From positions 16,928,001 to 16,992,000 of the forward strand of contig CM052832.1 of NCBI GenBank assembly GCA_028534125.1: a DNA stretch of 64,000 bases, given 5' to 3'. The notes below the pieces were generated by a model. That model was not told where the DNA came from. It searched no databases and saw nothing but the letters and a program-made list of their open reading frames with translations. Shown here in pieces: positions 23,508 through 35,200 of this stretch. Every line of letters starts with the position of its first letter. Position 1 is the first letter of the stretch. The position numbers and the translations under genes are program-made. Origin of the DNA: Lama glama (taxonomy: Eukaryota).

Positions 23508-26500
23508 TTCTCCTTGAGCACCTTCTCTTCTTCCCCAGCCTGTCTGTCTTCTACTGCCAGCTCTTCAAAGAACTACAAAGGGAGTTAAGATCTGGGTAAA
23601 CACAGCTCAGAGACCAACCAAGCCCTTTGCTGCCTCACATGAGCCCAGGGACCTGCCACTCCAGACCCACCTTGCTTGCTCTGCTGACACGACCCCTTCC
23701 CCTCCCTCAGACCCCCACTGCCTTCATAGGGCCATCTTCTGCTCAGAAACACCCATAGTCACCTCTCACCCCTCATTGCCTTACCGTCTTTTTCGTCTTC
23801 TTGTCCTTCTTCCCTTTCTTCACCACTTTGTCTAGAAGGTTAAGCAGATGTTGTGAATGATGATCTGCAAATTCCAAAGCAGCCTGATCTCATCTAACAA
23901 GCTCTCAGTGGCCTCCACCCCATTTTACTGTTTTCCTAGCTCAACTATCACTCCCTAGACATTTGCACTGCCCCACAGGACAGACAATGGTGGCTTGGTC
24001 TAGGGTGGCAGTGGGAGGCAGAGAAGGAGAATCCAGAGAGTGACGGCAGAGGTGGGCAGTAAGAAGGGGTATTTAGAGACGACTCCTATGTTTTTAGCTG
24101 GCAGAATTAGCTGGGCTAGTGGTACCAGTTATTAACTCAGGATATACTGGAAGAGAAGGACCTCTCTCCCCACCGCTACCATCTATGGGGGAGAAAGGTA
24201 GAACAAAAATATTACGAATTCACTCTGGGTGTGTCATTTTGGGGACCTGCAGACCATGGAAACAGAGCTTTCTGGTAAGTCGATAAATATCTGGGTCTGT
24301 GGCGCACTTGCTCTGCTCACACCTCAAGCACAAATCGCACTGTGTCACACTCAACTGGGTGTCTGTCTTCCATCCTAGAGAGGGACCATTTAGCTCATGT
24401 TCCCAGGGAGCAATGTGGGAAGTCGACAGAAGTTTACTGACTGAACAAATTTCAGCTTCTCCATTCTGTCCACCCCTGTTTCCCTGAAGAAGGGACCATA
24501 TCTAACTCCCTCTCCCACACACATTTGACTGGGAGGCAGCCAGCAGCCTTGTGATTTCTCATCATGCCCAAGCCGATCCACTATCACATTCACCTCCCAA
24601 ACCATCCCACCCATCCACTGCTATCCAATTCTATCCAAAAGCACTCCTGTGATCATTTCCCCCCTCAAAATCGCCAAAACAAAGGCCTTCTGCTATCTAC
24701 CACATTAAGTATTCTCAGACCAGAATCCCATGTAGTCCACAGTAATCATTTATTCAGACACCGAGCATCTACAATGCCTAAAACTGGAGATAACAAATGA
24801 AAATCCCTATAATTCAGGGCCTCACAGACTAAAAGGGCCCATCTTATCTTTTCTGCTGTACCTCTGTTTCCTTACTCATACCTGTGTTCTGGACACTGGT
24901 CTTTCCCTGCTCCTTGGTTAACTCTCAGGTATGCTTACACCTGTCTTTGCTTAATCTGCATCCTCCATCCTGAACACATTTCAAAATCTGGTCCCTGTAT
25001 TGGGTGACTAGCATGATGGAACTGAAAAGACGTGCAGCAGAAATAATGAAAGGCTTTATGCACTATTACAAGGAGCCTAAGTCTAAAACCATTAAGAGGG
25101 AGAATCCACTGTAGTACATAAAAAGGAATGACATGGTCAGCTCACCCTGACAACACTGAGAAGTGACTCAGACACTAATTTCTCTCCAAAGACTAAGGCA
25201 ACCACACCACCTGACCAAAGGAAGAGAAGCCTGTGTACAGGTTCCAGTGTAAGAGAGGATTATCACCAAGGAACAGGAAAAGAGTAAGTGTGGCTAAAGT
25301 ATCCTCCACTTCTCCTCCTCTAATGACTCCTCCTTTCAGTATATCACTTAAGCAGCTCCTAAGTTCAAAACCAAATAAAGCATTTTCCTCAACCTTACAA
25401 TCTCCGCCCTGACACTTACGTACCTTCTCATCCTTTTAAGTCTCCTCTCCTGCTGTTACTTAACATCAGGGATCCTGCTGCTGCTGATCTGCCTCCAGTT
25501 TCGGAGAAGAGGCTGCTTGCCTTTCTCAGTCTTATCTCAGCCTCCTTTCTCACCTTTCTTCCATTAACTGTTGAGGTTCTTTGGGGTTCCCACGCTCTAC
25601 CTCTTTTTGCTTCAATCCGCTTACACTTGCCCTGTATTCAACACCTCAACTACACTCACCCGCGTCTTTACTTCTAGTCTAGAGCTCTCTCCACAAGCAC
25701 CGAACTCTCCTTGCCATCTCCTCTTAGAAATTCCCCAGAAATCTCCAACTCAGCATTCAAAAGCTGATCTTATCTCTTCCCGTTCCCCGCTCTACGGCCT
25801 ACTACTGCTTTCAATTAACAGCACTGAGTTGAGTGTCATCCTTAATTCCTTTCCCTTTATGTAGTTCTAGTCAATGCCACTTCCTTCATAACTCTGAGTC
25901 TTCACTGCCTTCGCTTACTCTCTTACCATTCTCACCTGGATCATTACCAGAGCCTCCTAAATGGTCTCCCTACCTAATCATTTCTTATACACTTCAATGG
26001 GTCCTCTTTCTTACCGTCTTTAGGATTAAGCTCCTTGGAATAGTGTATAAAGACTTTCATCATTTGTCTCCTGCACATCTTTCAAACACCATCACACCAG
26101 TCACAAAATACGGCGAACCAGCCAGGCTCAACTACATCTCCACTTCTGCACTAACTGCATCCTCTGCTTGCTTGGAATATTCTTCCCCTTGCTAACTCAT
26201 ACTGATCCTTCAAGAATGAACTCAGCTATCACAAATTCCTGGGAGGCTTGGATGACACCCCCACCCTATCCGAGCAGATGTTGCTCCTCTCTTCTCCAGT
26301 TCCTTGACATTCTCAAGCACATTCACTGCACTCGGTCAGCCTCCAATTAGTGCTCTGTCCCCTCCACTAGACCTGCCCTTTCTAGATAAGCAAGGCTTAT
26401 CTTTCATCTCTAAGTTTCCAGTTCTTCTGCACAGTACCGGGTATACAGTGGGCATCCAATATATGTAAAATTAGTCACTGTATACCTGCTATGCTTATTT

Positions 26501-27227
26501 GTGTCCATTTTATCTCCCTCTTGAAGTACCTTCAAGTCTGGGAGGATGTCTTCATAGTTTTTCCTTCTCTTCCTAAAGCACCATAGATACACTGCACAGT
26601 CAAAAACAGGTGTTTACTGGGGTGGGGGTAGAGCCCTTCATAGTTTTTCCTTCTCTTCCTAAAGCACCATAGATACACTGCACAGTCAAAAACAGGTGTT
26701 TACTGGGGTGGGGGTAGAGCCCTTCATAGTTTTTCCTTCTCTTCCTAAAGCACCACAGATACACTGCACAGTCAAAAACAGGTGTTTACTGGGGTGGGGG
26801 TAGAGCCCAGTGGTAGAGCGTGTGCTAAGCATGCGCGAGGTCCTAGGTTCAAACCCCGGTACCTCCAAAAAAACAACTCCATTGCTCCCTATCTCTCCTT
26901 CCGTACCATATGCTCTTCCTAGACTCTTGCCCAGGCTCACTGAAGCTCGTGCGCGACACCCCGGCACCTTTCCTTTCGGCCGCACCTCAAAAGCACTCCG
27001 GCCAGGGAAAACTCGTCCCAGTCCTTGGCACGCATGCGCAGTAGCCCCCGCACGGCCGGGTCAGTCTCGCACCCCGTGACTCTCTCCTAAAACACGCGGA
27101 CACTTCCATCTCTTCTTTTTCGTCTCTTCTTCCCTTCCTGCCTACCAGCCTCACCTGTCGGGGTCGTGCTCTCTCCGTCCCCGATCCACTCGGGCTCCGG
27201 CGGCTGTTGTTTGGGCGCCTTCGGCAT
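15588..27227 (-). CDS. ABCF1: ATP-binding cassette sub-family F member 1 (ABC50), 25 coding exons, 844 aa
   Basis: Minus-strand exons in transcription order: 27155-27227, 23785-23831, 23471-23572, 23186-23315, 23005-23042, 22809-22916, 22079-22153, 21884-21997, 20943-21044, 20562-20684, 20086-20186, 19895-19980, 19465-19604, 19234-19382, 18842-18925, 18551-18675, 18231-18343, 17949-18120, 17762-17836, 17602-17672, 16557-16589, 16303-16471, 16065-16129, 15900-15972, 15588-15754. Total 2535 nt. Starts [19 protein letters not shown]. Two NBDs (GPNGKGKTT / FSGGW / [12 protein letters not shown] and GPNGVGKST / LSGGQ / [12 protein letters not shown]), no transmembrane domain, ends VMVSRPRE. Confidence 0.98.
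19383..19464 (-). ncRNA. MIR877: miR-877 precursor (mirtron; the whole 82-nt intron 13 of ABCF1)
   Basis: The intron begins GTAGAGGAGATGGCGCAGGG (19464-19445), identical to miR-877-5p as I recall it, and ends TCCTCTTCCCCTTCCTCCCAG (3p arm). The arms are complementary (GGGGACAC/GTGTCCTC) and coincide with the splice sites. Confidence 0.95.
21625..21790. mobile_element. MER58-like hAT-Charlie MITE (next to a MIR at ~21500-21610)
   Basis: caggagttgcaaattatggccc...aaaatatttactatgtggccatttatagaaatttgccaacccctg, with inverted termini. Confidence 0.65.
23471..23503 (-). repeat. Pure (CAG)11 coding microsatellite (poly-Gln) at the end of ABCF1 exon 3
   Basis: (CTG)11 on the + strand directly abutting the splice donor. 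Confidence 0.97.
25560..26470 (+). mobile_element. Degenerate L2
   Basis: L2-like motifs (atctccaactcagcattcaaaagctga; cccctccactagac; cagtaccgggtatacagtgggcatccaatatatg). Boundaries approximate. Confidence 0.55.
26551..26808. repeat. 86-bp tandem repeat, 3 copies, in ABCF1 intron 1
   Basis: Units start at 26551, 26637 and 26723 (ttcatagttttt...ggggtagagccc). The third copy differs by one base (ccacagat vs ccatagat). Confidence 0.97.
26791..26875 (+). mobile_element. tRNA-Ala-derived SINE (camelid Vic-1-like)
   Basis: GGGGGTAGAGCCCAGTGGTAGAGCG...GGTTCAAACCCCGGTACCTCCA followed by an A-rich tail. A and B boxes are present, invariant tRNA positions are lost and there is no oligo-T terminator. 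Confidence 0.8.
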
Positions 27228-27362
27228 CGCGGTGGCAGTTACTGCAACTCAAGCTGCGCCGGGTGCTATTTCCGCTTCCGGCAGCGTGGGGCCCGGAACC
27301 AGGCGGGCTCTAGACGCAGTTGACCCCGCCCCCAGGCGGTGCACGTGGGCGCCGCACCGTCA
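26940..27362 (-). promoter_or_regulatory. ABCF1 CpG-island promoter/exon 1 (truncated by gap)
   Basis: CpG-dense. Contains tandem ETS-type TTCCGCTTCCGG (~27270-27281), a GC box (~27324-27332), E-box CACGTG (27342-27347) and NRF1-like CGCATGCGCA (~27031-27040). Confidence 0.8.
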
Positions 27363-27862
27363 NNNNNNNNNNNNNNNNNNNNNNNNNNNNNNNNNNNNNN
27401 NNNNNNNNNNNNNNNNNNNNNNNNNNNNNNNNNNNNNNNNNNNNNNNNNNNNNNNNNNNNNNNNNNNNNNNNNNNNNNNNNNNNNNNNNNNNNNNNNNNN
27501 NNNNNNNNNNNNNNNNNNNNNNNNNNNNNNNNNNNNNNNNNNNNNNNNNNNNNNNNNNNNNNNNNNNNNNNNNNNNNNNNNNNNNNNNNNNNNNNNNNNN
27601 NNNNNNNNNNNNNNNNNNNNNNNNNNNNNNNNNNNNNNNNNNNNNNNNNNNNNNNNNNNNNNNNNNNNNNNNNNNNNNNNNNNNNNNNNNNNNNNNNNNN
27701 NNNNNNNNNNNNNNNNNNNNNNNNNNNNNNNNNNNNNNNNNNNNNNNNNNNNNNNNNNNNNNNNNNNNNNNNNNNNNNNNNNNNNNNNNNNNNNNNNNNN
27801 NNNNNNNNNNNNNNNNNNNNNNNNNNNNNNNNNNNNNNNNNNNNNNNNNNNNNNNNNNNNNN
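27363..27862. other. Assembly gap (500 N)
   Basis: Exactly 500 N. The round size suggests a placeholder length. Confidence 0.99.
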
Positions 27863-29250
27863 GCCGCCAGGGTAGCCCAGCACCTCGGCTTCCTTCGCCG
27901 GACGCGCAGTCGCGGCTTTCCTCTAAGGTCCAGCGAGGGTTGGTAAAGTAGCTTCTGCGGGTCCACGCCCCTTTCTCCCCACGTTGGTAGGGCCCGCCCT
28001 CCGCTCCACCGCCCCCTCCAGGTGAGTGGTAGCTTCTCCCAAGCGCGCAAGGTAGTGATGACACGCTTCCCCCCTCCTCCGAACGCGAGTTGGTAGCGTC
28101 CGTGACGAAGTTAGCCCGATCCTCCCACGCGCGCCTTCTTCTTCGCCGCCGCTGCGCCCTCTCGGTGCTACTGGCTCTCACGTGCGGGTAGCCCACCCAG
28201 CATCATCCTCCCGCCTCGCTCTCAGAGGGAAGTGACTATATTTCCCTCTCGGTTGCCTTGCACCCCGGCCGCCGGGGCGCATCGGCTGGGCCCGCCCGCT
28301 GACGTCACCTTACGGCCCCGCCCCCTCCAGGGTCCCGGGCCCTTGCGGCGGGGGCAGCCCCCGGGGGAGTCAGTTGAGGCGGCGGGAGCTCGGCGGAGGG
28401 CGGGCCAGGTGACTGGTCCGGGCCATGCCGAGGAAGAAGCCTTTCAGCGTCAAGCAGAAGAAGAAGCAGTTGCAGGACAAGCGGGAGCGGAAGCGAGGTC
28501 AGTGCGGGAGCTAGAGGAGGGGGCGGGGCTCGGACTCCCGCACATCTGGAAGGAGGGGTGTGCCCGCCTCACCTCTGGGAGGCGTAGGAGGGGGTGGTGG
28601 CCGCGCGCCGACGCGCGTGGGCGACCGCGGAGGGGATTCCTTCACCCCAGCCCACTACCTCTGGAAGGGGTGGGGAAGGATGGAGAGTTGGGGGAGGGGA
28701 ATCCCTCCTGCTCGAATGGGGCGCCATCCCCGCAGATCCCTGGAGGAGGAATGCCTCCCTCCACGCACATCCGGGAGGGTCTTGGGTAGGGTAGCTGGGA
28801 GGACCCGGCTTCAAAAGAAGTGAGGTGATGTGAGGAGGAGCCAGGCCGACCGAGGAAAGGGGTCTTATAGCCCCTGAGAGCTGGCCAGCACTGGCGTCAC
28901 TGACTCCTCCCCGCAGGGCTTCAAGATGGGCTGCGATCCAGTTCCAACAGCCGCAGCGGGAGCCGGGAGCGGCGGGAGGAGCAGACCGACACCTCAGATG
29001 GAGAGTCTGTGACCCATCACATCCGCAGGCTCAACCAGCAGCCTTCCCAGGGGCTGGGCCCGCGAGGCTATGACCCAAATCGGTGAGAGTGGGCGGGGGG
29101 CTCTGTCCCGGGCTTCCCCGCCTACCCGGAAGTTAGAGCGTTGGGGGAAAGCAGGCTGCTGCTGTTGGAGGCTTGAAACAGGAGATGGTGGGACTGGGAT
29201 GCTGCGGTTCTTCACGGGCCGCTGGGTCACCGGAGCGGATCACAGTCTTC
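27863..29250. promoter_or_regulatory. GNL1 CpG-island promoter (in other mammals bidirectional with PRR3)
   Basis: CpG-dense. Contains CACGTG 28179-28184, ETS GGAAGTG ~28228-28234 next to a ZNF143/THAP11-like ACTATATTTCCC, a perfect CRE TGACGTCA 28300-28307 and several GC boxes. Confidence 0.8.
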
Positions 29251-32200
29251 CCTTCCGGAGAGGCTGGAGAGAGTTTGACTTTCAGAATGGCGAAACTTAG
29301 AGGAAGGCCTACCACCGCGTGAAGGAGATTTGGGGGAGGGCTGACTCAGAGGGGAGACTTGAACGGGAGAGAAAGCTTTGCGAAGTTACCTGCTGGTCCC
29401 ATCCTGCTAGATACCGGCTGCATTTTGAGCGAGACAGCCGCGAGGAGGTGGAGCGGAGAAAGAGAGCAGCCCGGGAGCAAGTGCTGCAGCCTGTCAGTGC
29501 TGAGCTGCTGGAGCTGGACATCCGGGAGGTCTATCAGCCAGGTTCCGGTGAGTGAGAGCCCAACACCAGGTTGCTTGGGACAGGCAATGGGCTGAGGGAA
29601 GGAGTTTGGAAGAGTAAGAGCTGACTGGGAGGAAGGGGTCTGGGATGCACCTATGAGTCCTGAAACTATTCTCAGACTTATTTGGGCTTTTTCTTGATTT
29701 CCTAGTCCTGGACTTTCCCCGACGTCCTCCTTGGAACTATGAGATGTCCAAGGAGCAACTGATGAGCCAGGAGGAAAGGAGCTTCCAGGAGTATCTTGGG
29801 AAGATTCACGGGGCTTACACCTCTGAGAAGCTCAGCTACTTCGAGCACAATCTGGAGGTGAGAATACAGTGGGGACAGGAGTGGGGCATGGTGACCCATG
29901 GTCAAATTGGTCTGGGGTCAGGCGGGAGAGTGACTCTGAGCTCAAGTTCTCTTCCTCTGACCTTGTCTTTTCAGACATGGAGGCAGCTGTGGCGAGTGTT
30001 AGAGATGTCTGACATTGTTCTGCTAATTACTGATATCCGACATCCAGTGAGTCCTGGGGATGAGGGTGTGCGAAGGGGAGGAGGGAGGAAGATTCTTGAT
30101 GGGTAAAGGGCAGAGGCAGGAGTTGGGAGCCAGAAAGGTAATCTCTTCCTTTCTGGTCTCCTCTACCCCATGCTGATGTCTTCAGTCAAGAACTCAATTT
30201 TTATTCATCCATGTCACAGCCTATCACTCCTCTCCTGGTCAATTGACTCCACTCTCCTATATTTTTTTGATGGAAGAGTGGGCTGTTTCCTAGCCCTTCA
30301 GAGCTAATAGAGCTCCTAGTGTCAAGCTCCAGGGGATTCTATGAAGACAGCTGGGGTTTAACCCCCTGGCCTGCCACATGGGTCACTACAGAACTCAGCC
30401 TCAGCTGGGATGCTAGGGTGTGGTTAAGGCTCTAGACTGTGCTGCTGGACAGCCCCTGTGTGAACTTGGCTTTGCCACTTGCTGTTGTTCTCCAGTGGGA
30501 GAAAAGGAGGTCTGAGGTTTGTGCAGACATTTAGGTTGGAGGGCCTTAATGACATACATGCCTGTGTGCTCCTAGACATATGCATGCATACACATGCTTT
30601 CTTATGCAGCCACTCTTGCTCAATACAAACACGCACACACATGGCTTGCATGTACATATGCCTGCGTACACATGTAGACAGTTGTCTAAATATGAAAATA
30701 GATATTAATTTCTATCCCAACTCCCATCCCTGTGTGTGATCCCAGCCTTCACCCCAGTGTGCTAGGGGTCACTATTTCTTCATCTTGTTTTTAGCTCATT
30801 TCCATCCCTAATTAGGCCCTGTGCTAAGCCCCTAGAGACCAATGCATAGGTGTTACTTACCCCAGCTTGTCCTCCTAGTTCAGTTTGGCTGATTTGTCCT
30901 TGTTGCCCCAGGATCTGCTACCACCAGGGTCTCATCTCCAAATCTGTGCCTGGTGAATGGGGAGCTGGAGGCAGAGAACCCTGGGTTGACCTCTTATCAC
31001 TCCCTCCTCTTACCATCCCTGTTCTAGGTTGTGAATTTCCCACCAGCACTTTATGAGTATGTGACTGGAGAGCTTGGGCTGGCCCTGGTGCTGGTCCTGA
31101 ACAAGGTGGATCTGGCCCCACCAGCCCTTGTGGTTGCCTGGAAGCATTATTTCCACCAACACTATCCCCAGCTCCACATTGTCCTTTTCACCTCTTTTCC
31201 TCGGGACCCTCGCACCCCACAGGACCCTAGCAGCGGTGAGTGGGCAATGAAGAGGACAATGTGGGAGTGGGAGAGGTGGGTGGCAGGGACAAAGGGGAAC
31301 CTGATCTTGGGCCTGAGGGTGGCAGGACAGAGAGGGTGCATAAAGCCCATGGGGTGTGCTTATGCTTTTGTGCCCTCTGATCTCAGTCTTGAAGAAGAGT
31401 CGGAGGCGGGGGAGAGGATGGACTCGGGCCCTGGGGCCAGAGCAGCTACTGAGAGCCTGTGAAGCCATCACTGCCGGGAAAGGTATGTGCCCCTTAGAGG
31501 GGAGCTGTCGGAGGCCCAGGGGGAGATGAAGGCCTTGGTTCACTTTGCTCACCTTTCCCGGAGTCAGTCCCTCTCTTTTGGACTCAGGCGAGAGACCACA
31601 GGGAAGGACAGAAGAGAGAGCAGCCTGACTTAGTGGGACAAGAGAGGCAGCGGGTAGGCAGGAGCCCCAGTGGTTTGCTGCCTTCATTCTTTTGAGTCAG
31701 AAACTCAAATGCACGTGATTCCACGGTGGGGTCAGGTGAAGGCTGGGGAGAGTCGGCCATGGTGTCCAACTCCAGAGGGCACCACTGGTCTGCGCCATTG
31801 TACACAGTGGCCCTGGAGAGAACCTTCTTCTCCTTCCTTATGCAGTGGACCTGAGCAGCTGGCGGGAGAAGATTGCCCGGGATGTGGCTGGGGCCACCTG
31901 GGGCAATGGCTCCGGGGAGGAGGAGGAAGAGGAGGACGGGCCGGCCGTCCTGGTGGAGCAGCAGACTGACTCAGCCATGGAGCCAACAGGCCCCACACGA
32001 GAGCGCTACAAGGACGGGGTGGTGACCATCGGCTGTGTGGGTAAGGAAGCAGTGGCCCACGTGTGGCGGCCTTCTGGGGGCACGGAATTTCAGTATTTGG
32101 AAAAGAGGGCAGGTGTCAGGTCCTGTTAGGCTCCAGGGTCTTATGCTGTGGTGGCAGGATTGCTGCATGGTGGAGTTAAATGCCACCTCTTCTCTCAGTT

Positions 32201-35200
32201 TGTTGATCTCGAGCAAGTTATTTCTCCACTCTCAGTCTAGTGACTTTGATTTAAAAAATGAGGACAGTGATGCTCAATTAAAAGAATGGATGTGAGGACT
32301 GGAAGGAAGTATACAGAGGGCCTAACAAAACTTGGCAAACAATGATAAAAGTAATAATAATAATTATTAAAAGTTTAACATTTACATGATGCTTGCTGTG
32401 TACCAGGTATTATTCTAAGCGATTTACATGGTGACTGTTTCAGTTCTGTACTTAGTCCAGAGTAGAGTAATCCTTAAGTTGTAGTAGGAGCTTAGCAAGT
32501 ATCAGCTTCTGTCTGGGTCTTAACTCTTTAGGTCTCCTGTCTGTGAGAATCTTCCCTTAATTAAGAGCTTTGTCTGTGCTCTTGGTTGGGGAGAAAGGAA
32601 CAGAAAATTAGGGCCAGGGCCCCTTTTCTTTTGAGGTAGGACAGGTGAGAAGTGACTTGGACAAAGGTGTGGTAAGCGAGGTGATAATTGGAACCAAAAA
32701 AAGGCCCAGTCCAGGAGAAATTAGGGAAAGCAGAGTAGTTTAGCTCCTTGGAAATGTTCCTGACTTATCTTTCAGTCTCCTTTTTGTCTTGACAAAAACC
32801 TGCCTGACTGCTGACGGATGGCTCCCCTTTCCAGCCATTTCCCCCCAGCTTTGCCTCCCTTGGCGTCTGAGCCCAGCTCTCCCACACAGGGGCCCTGTGC
32901 CTCTCCCCTGTGCCTCTCTCGGTAGCCACTGCACTGACCTGTCTGGGTTCAGGGTGGTGGAATGGGGAGAGCGTTGCTGTGGCCCAGGCAGCGCTGAGTT
33001 TGGATTTCCCTCCAGCTCTCATTCACTTACCCATCGGACAGATACTTACCCAGCACCAGGTGCTGTTCTAGGGATGGAGTACGTTGCTGTGAAAATGACA
33101 GAAAAGTCCCTCCTCTCACGGAGCTTGTTTTCTTGGGAGTAAATTGATGCGTGATCTGAAATCCTGTATTTAGGGAATAGTGACTGGGACAGGAGAGGTC
33201 CTCAGGGAAAGCCCCCCTGAGGAGAGCCTGGATGCTGAGCTGAAGTGGCCATTTGGAGACGTGAGGAGAGTTCCTTCCAGGCCAAGGGGTCTTGAGGTGG
33301 GAACGAGCTTGGTGATTGTGGGGCTAGCCAGAGTGCCAGGGGGACTGGGGAATGGGAGCCCCGAAAGAGAATCGAGGATGAGGTCAGAAAGCTCAGGGGC
33401 CACATCATGTAAGGTCTATGAGAAGGTGTTTTGGATTTTATTCCAAGTCTGATGAGAAGCCAGTGGTGAGTTCTGAGCAGGGGAATGACAGGATCTGATT
33501 TCTTGTTTTAGAAGTTTGCTGTGTCTGCTGAGAAGAGAATGGTGGGGCTGGGCAGGACAGGAAGCAGAGGGAGTGTGGTCAGAGGCTGTCCCAGACTAGA
33601 GAGAAAAAAGACTTGCTCAGAGCAGAGTGGTCGAGGTGGAGGTGGGGAGACAGGTCAGAATCAGAATATATTTTGAAGTTAGAGAACGAGGTTGCTGATG
33701 GGTTGCACTTGGGGCCTAAGAGAAAGTGAGGAATAAAGGAGGACTTCCAGGGTTTTGTACTGAGCAGCTGGGAATACTGAGATAGGAAGACTGGGAGAGG
33801 AGCAGGTTTGGAGGGATTGGGGAAAGGAATCAGAAATTAAATCTGAGATTCTTTTTATATATCTCAAGTGGAGATGTTGACCAGGCGGTGGGTATAGGAG
33901 CCTGGAGCTTAGGGGAGAGGACTGGAGATTTGAATTCGGACAAGATTTAAATTTGGGGAGCCACTAGTGAATATAAATGATATTTAAAGCCATAGGCTTG
34001 GATGAGATATGGGAGAGGAGGTAGGCGGAGAGAAGGCCAAGCCATTTAGAGGCTGGGCAAAGGAGGGCAAAGCCAGGAGTGTCCCAGAAGTCAAATGAAA
34101 AAGGTTTAGAGAGGAAAACAACAGGGACTTACTGTATAGCGTAGGGAACTATATTCAGTATTTTATAATAAACTATAATGGAAAAGAAAAAAGATACATA
34201 CATGTATGTATATAATTGAATCACTTTGCTGTAAACCTGAAACTAACACAGTATTGTAAATCAACTATACTTCAGTTTTAAAAAGTGATAAAAAATTTGG
34301 AGAGGCAGGGAGGGCTCAGCTGTGTCAAATGTTGCTGACGGGTTGAGTGAGATAAGAACAGACTTGCTCAGCAGCTGGGCAGGGTGATCAGTGGTTTCAG
34401 GGAAGTGGAGGAGAGAAAGATAGATTAGGGTGGCCCCAAGAGACCGGCACCGACATGGCAGAACTGCACCGTCTGCTGTAGTTCATAGTCACAAAGATGG
34501 CAGGAAGAAGTGGTGACAAAAAATAGATAAGTCTTTGAGTTTTACTATAAAGGGAACAGAGGGATAGGGCCGGTAGGGGTTGTCAAAAGAGAGTTGTTTC
34601 CCCTTCCCCTTCTGAAAGGAGACACGGTCACGGAACCCGTGGGTACGGAGGGCCGACTGTACTGCACCATTTTATATAAGGGACTTGAGCATCCATGGAT
34701 TTTGGTATCCTCAGGGGCTGCTGGAACCAATTCCCTGTGGATCCCGAGGGCCAGCTGTACTCGAGCTGGTTGTAAACGCAGCACAGTCAGCACCGTGGTG
34801 CATCTTTGCCCAGGCTTAGTCAGCTGCCCGGGAGCAGGTGCTGAGTGGACAGAATTGCATTTTACAGGGTTGGGGTTTTGCCGGGTGACTAAAAAGGGGA
34901 GAGGCGGGGCCAGGGAGTTGAAGGTCTATTAAGGGGACTGGCCGTCCAGCTGGATCATGGAATCTAAGTTGGGTAAGAAGGGAAGAGAGGCCATGGGCTG
35001 ATTATTGAATGCTGTATCTGTGTTAGTCAGGGTCAGATTTATTGGAATGGAGGAACCAGAATAAGAGAGCTGGAAAGATGGATGTCAGGGCAGAGAGAGG
35101 GGTGCTTGCAGTTGAGGTTTGTAAAGTGTGAAGTGTCAGGTCCGGCTCAGAGCACAGAGGTGGGGTTGACAAACCTTTGGAAGGGAGATTCTGGCACTGA

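Noticed and set aside
26551..26808. Regularly spaced repeats as a CRISPR-like array
   Set aside because: Head-to-tail units with no unique spacers, in a mammalian intron.
26796..26867. Apparent tRNA-Ala(AGC) gene
   Set aside because: Invariant U8 and U33 are replaced (GA, TAAGCAT loop), stems have mismatches, and it is followed by an A-rich tail rather than an oligo-T terminator. It matches the SINE family also seen at 51696.
27166..28196. ORFs of 178-278 aa spanning the first gap (and similar ones at 52704-53322)
   Set aside because: Artefacts of translating through N runs.
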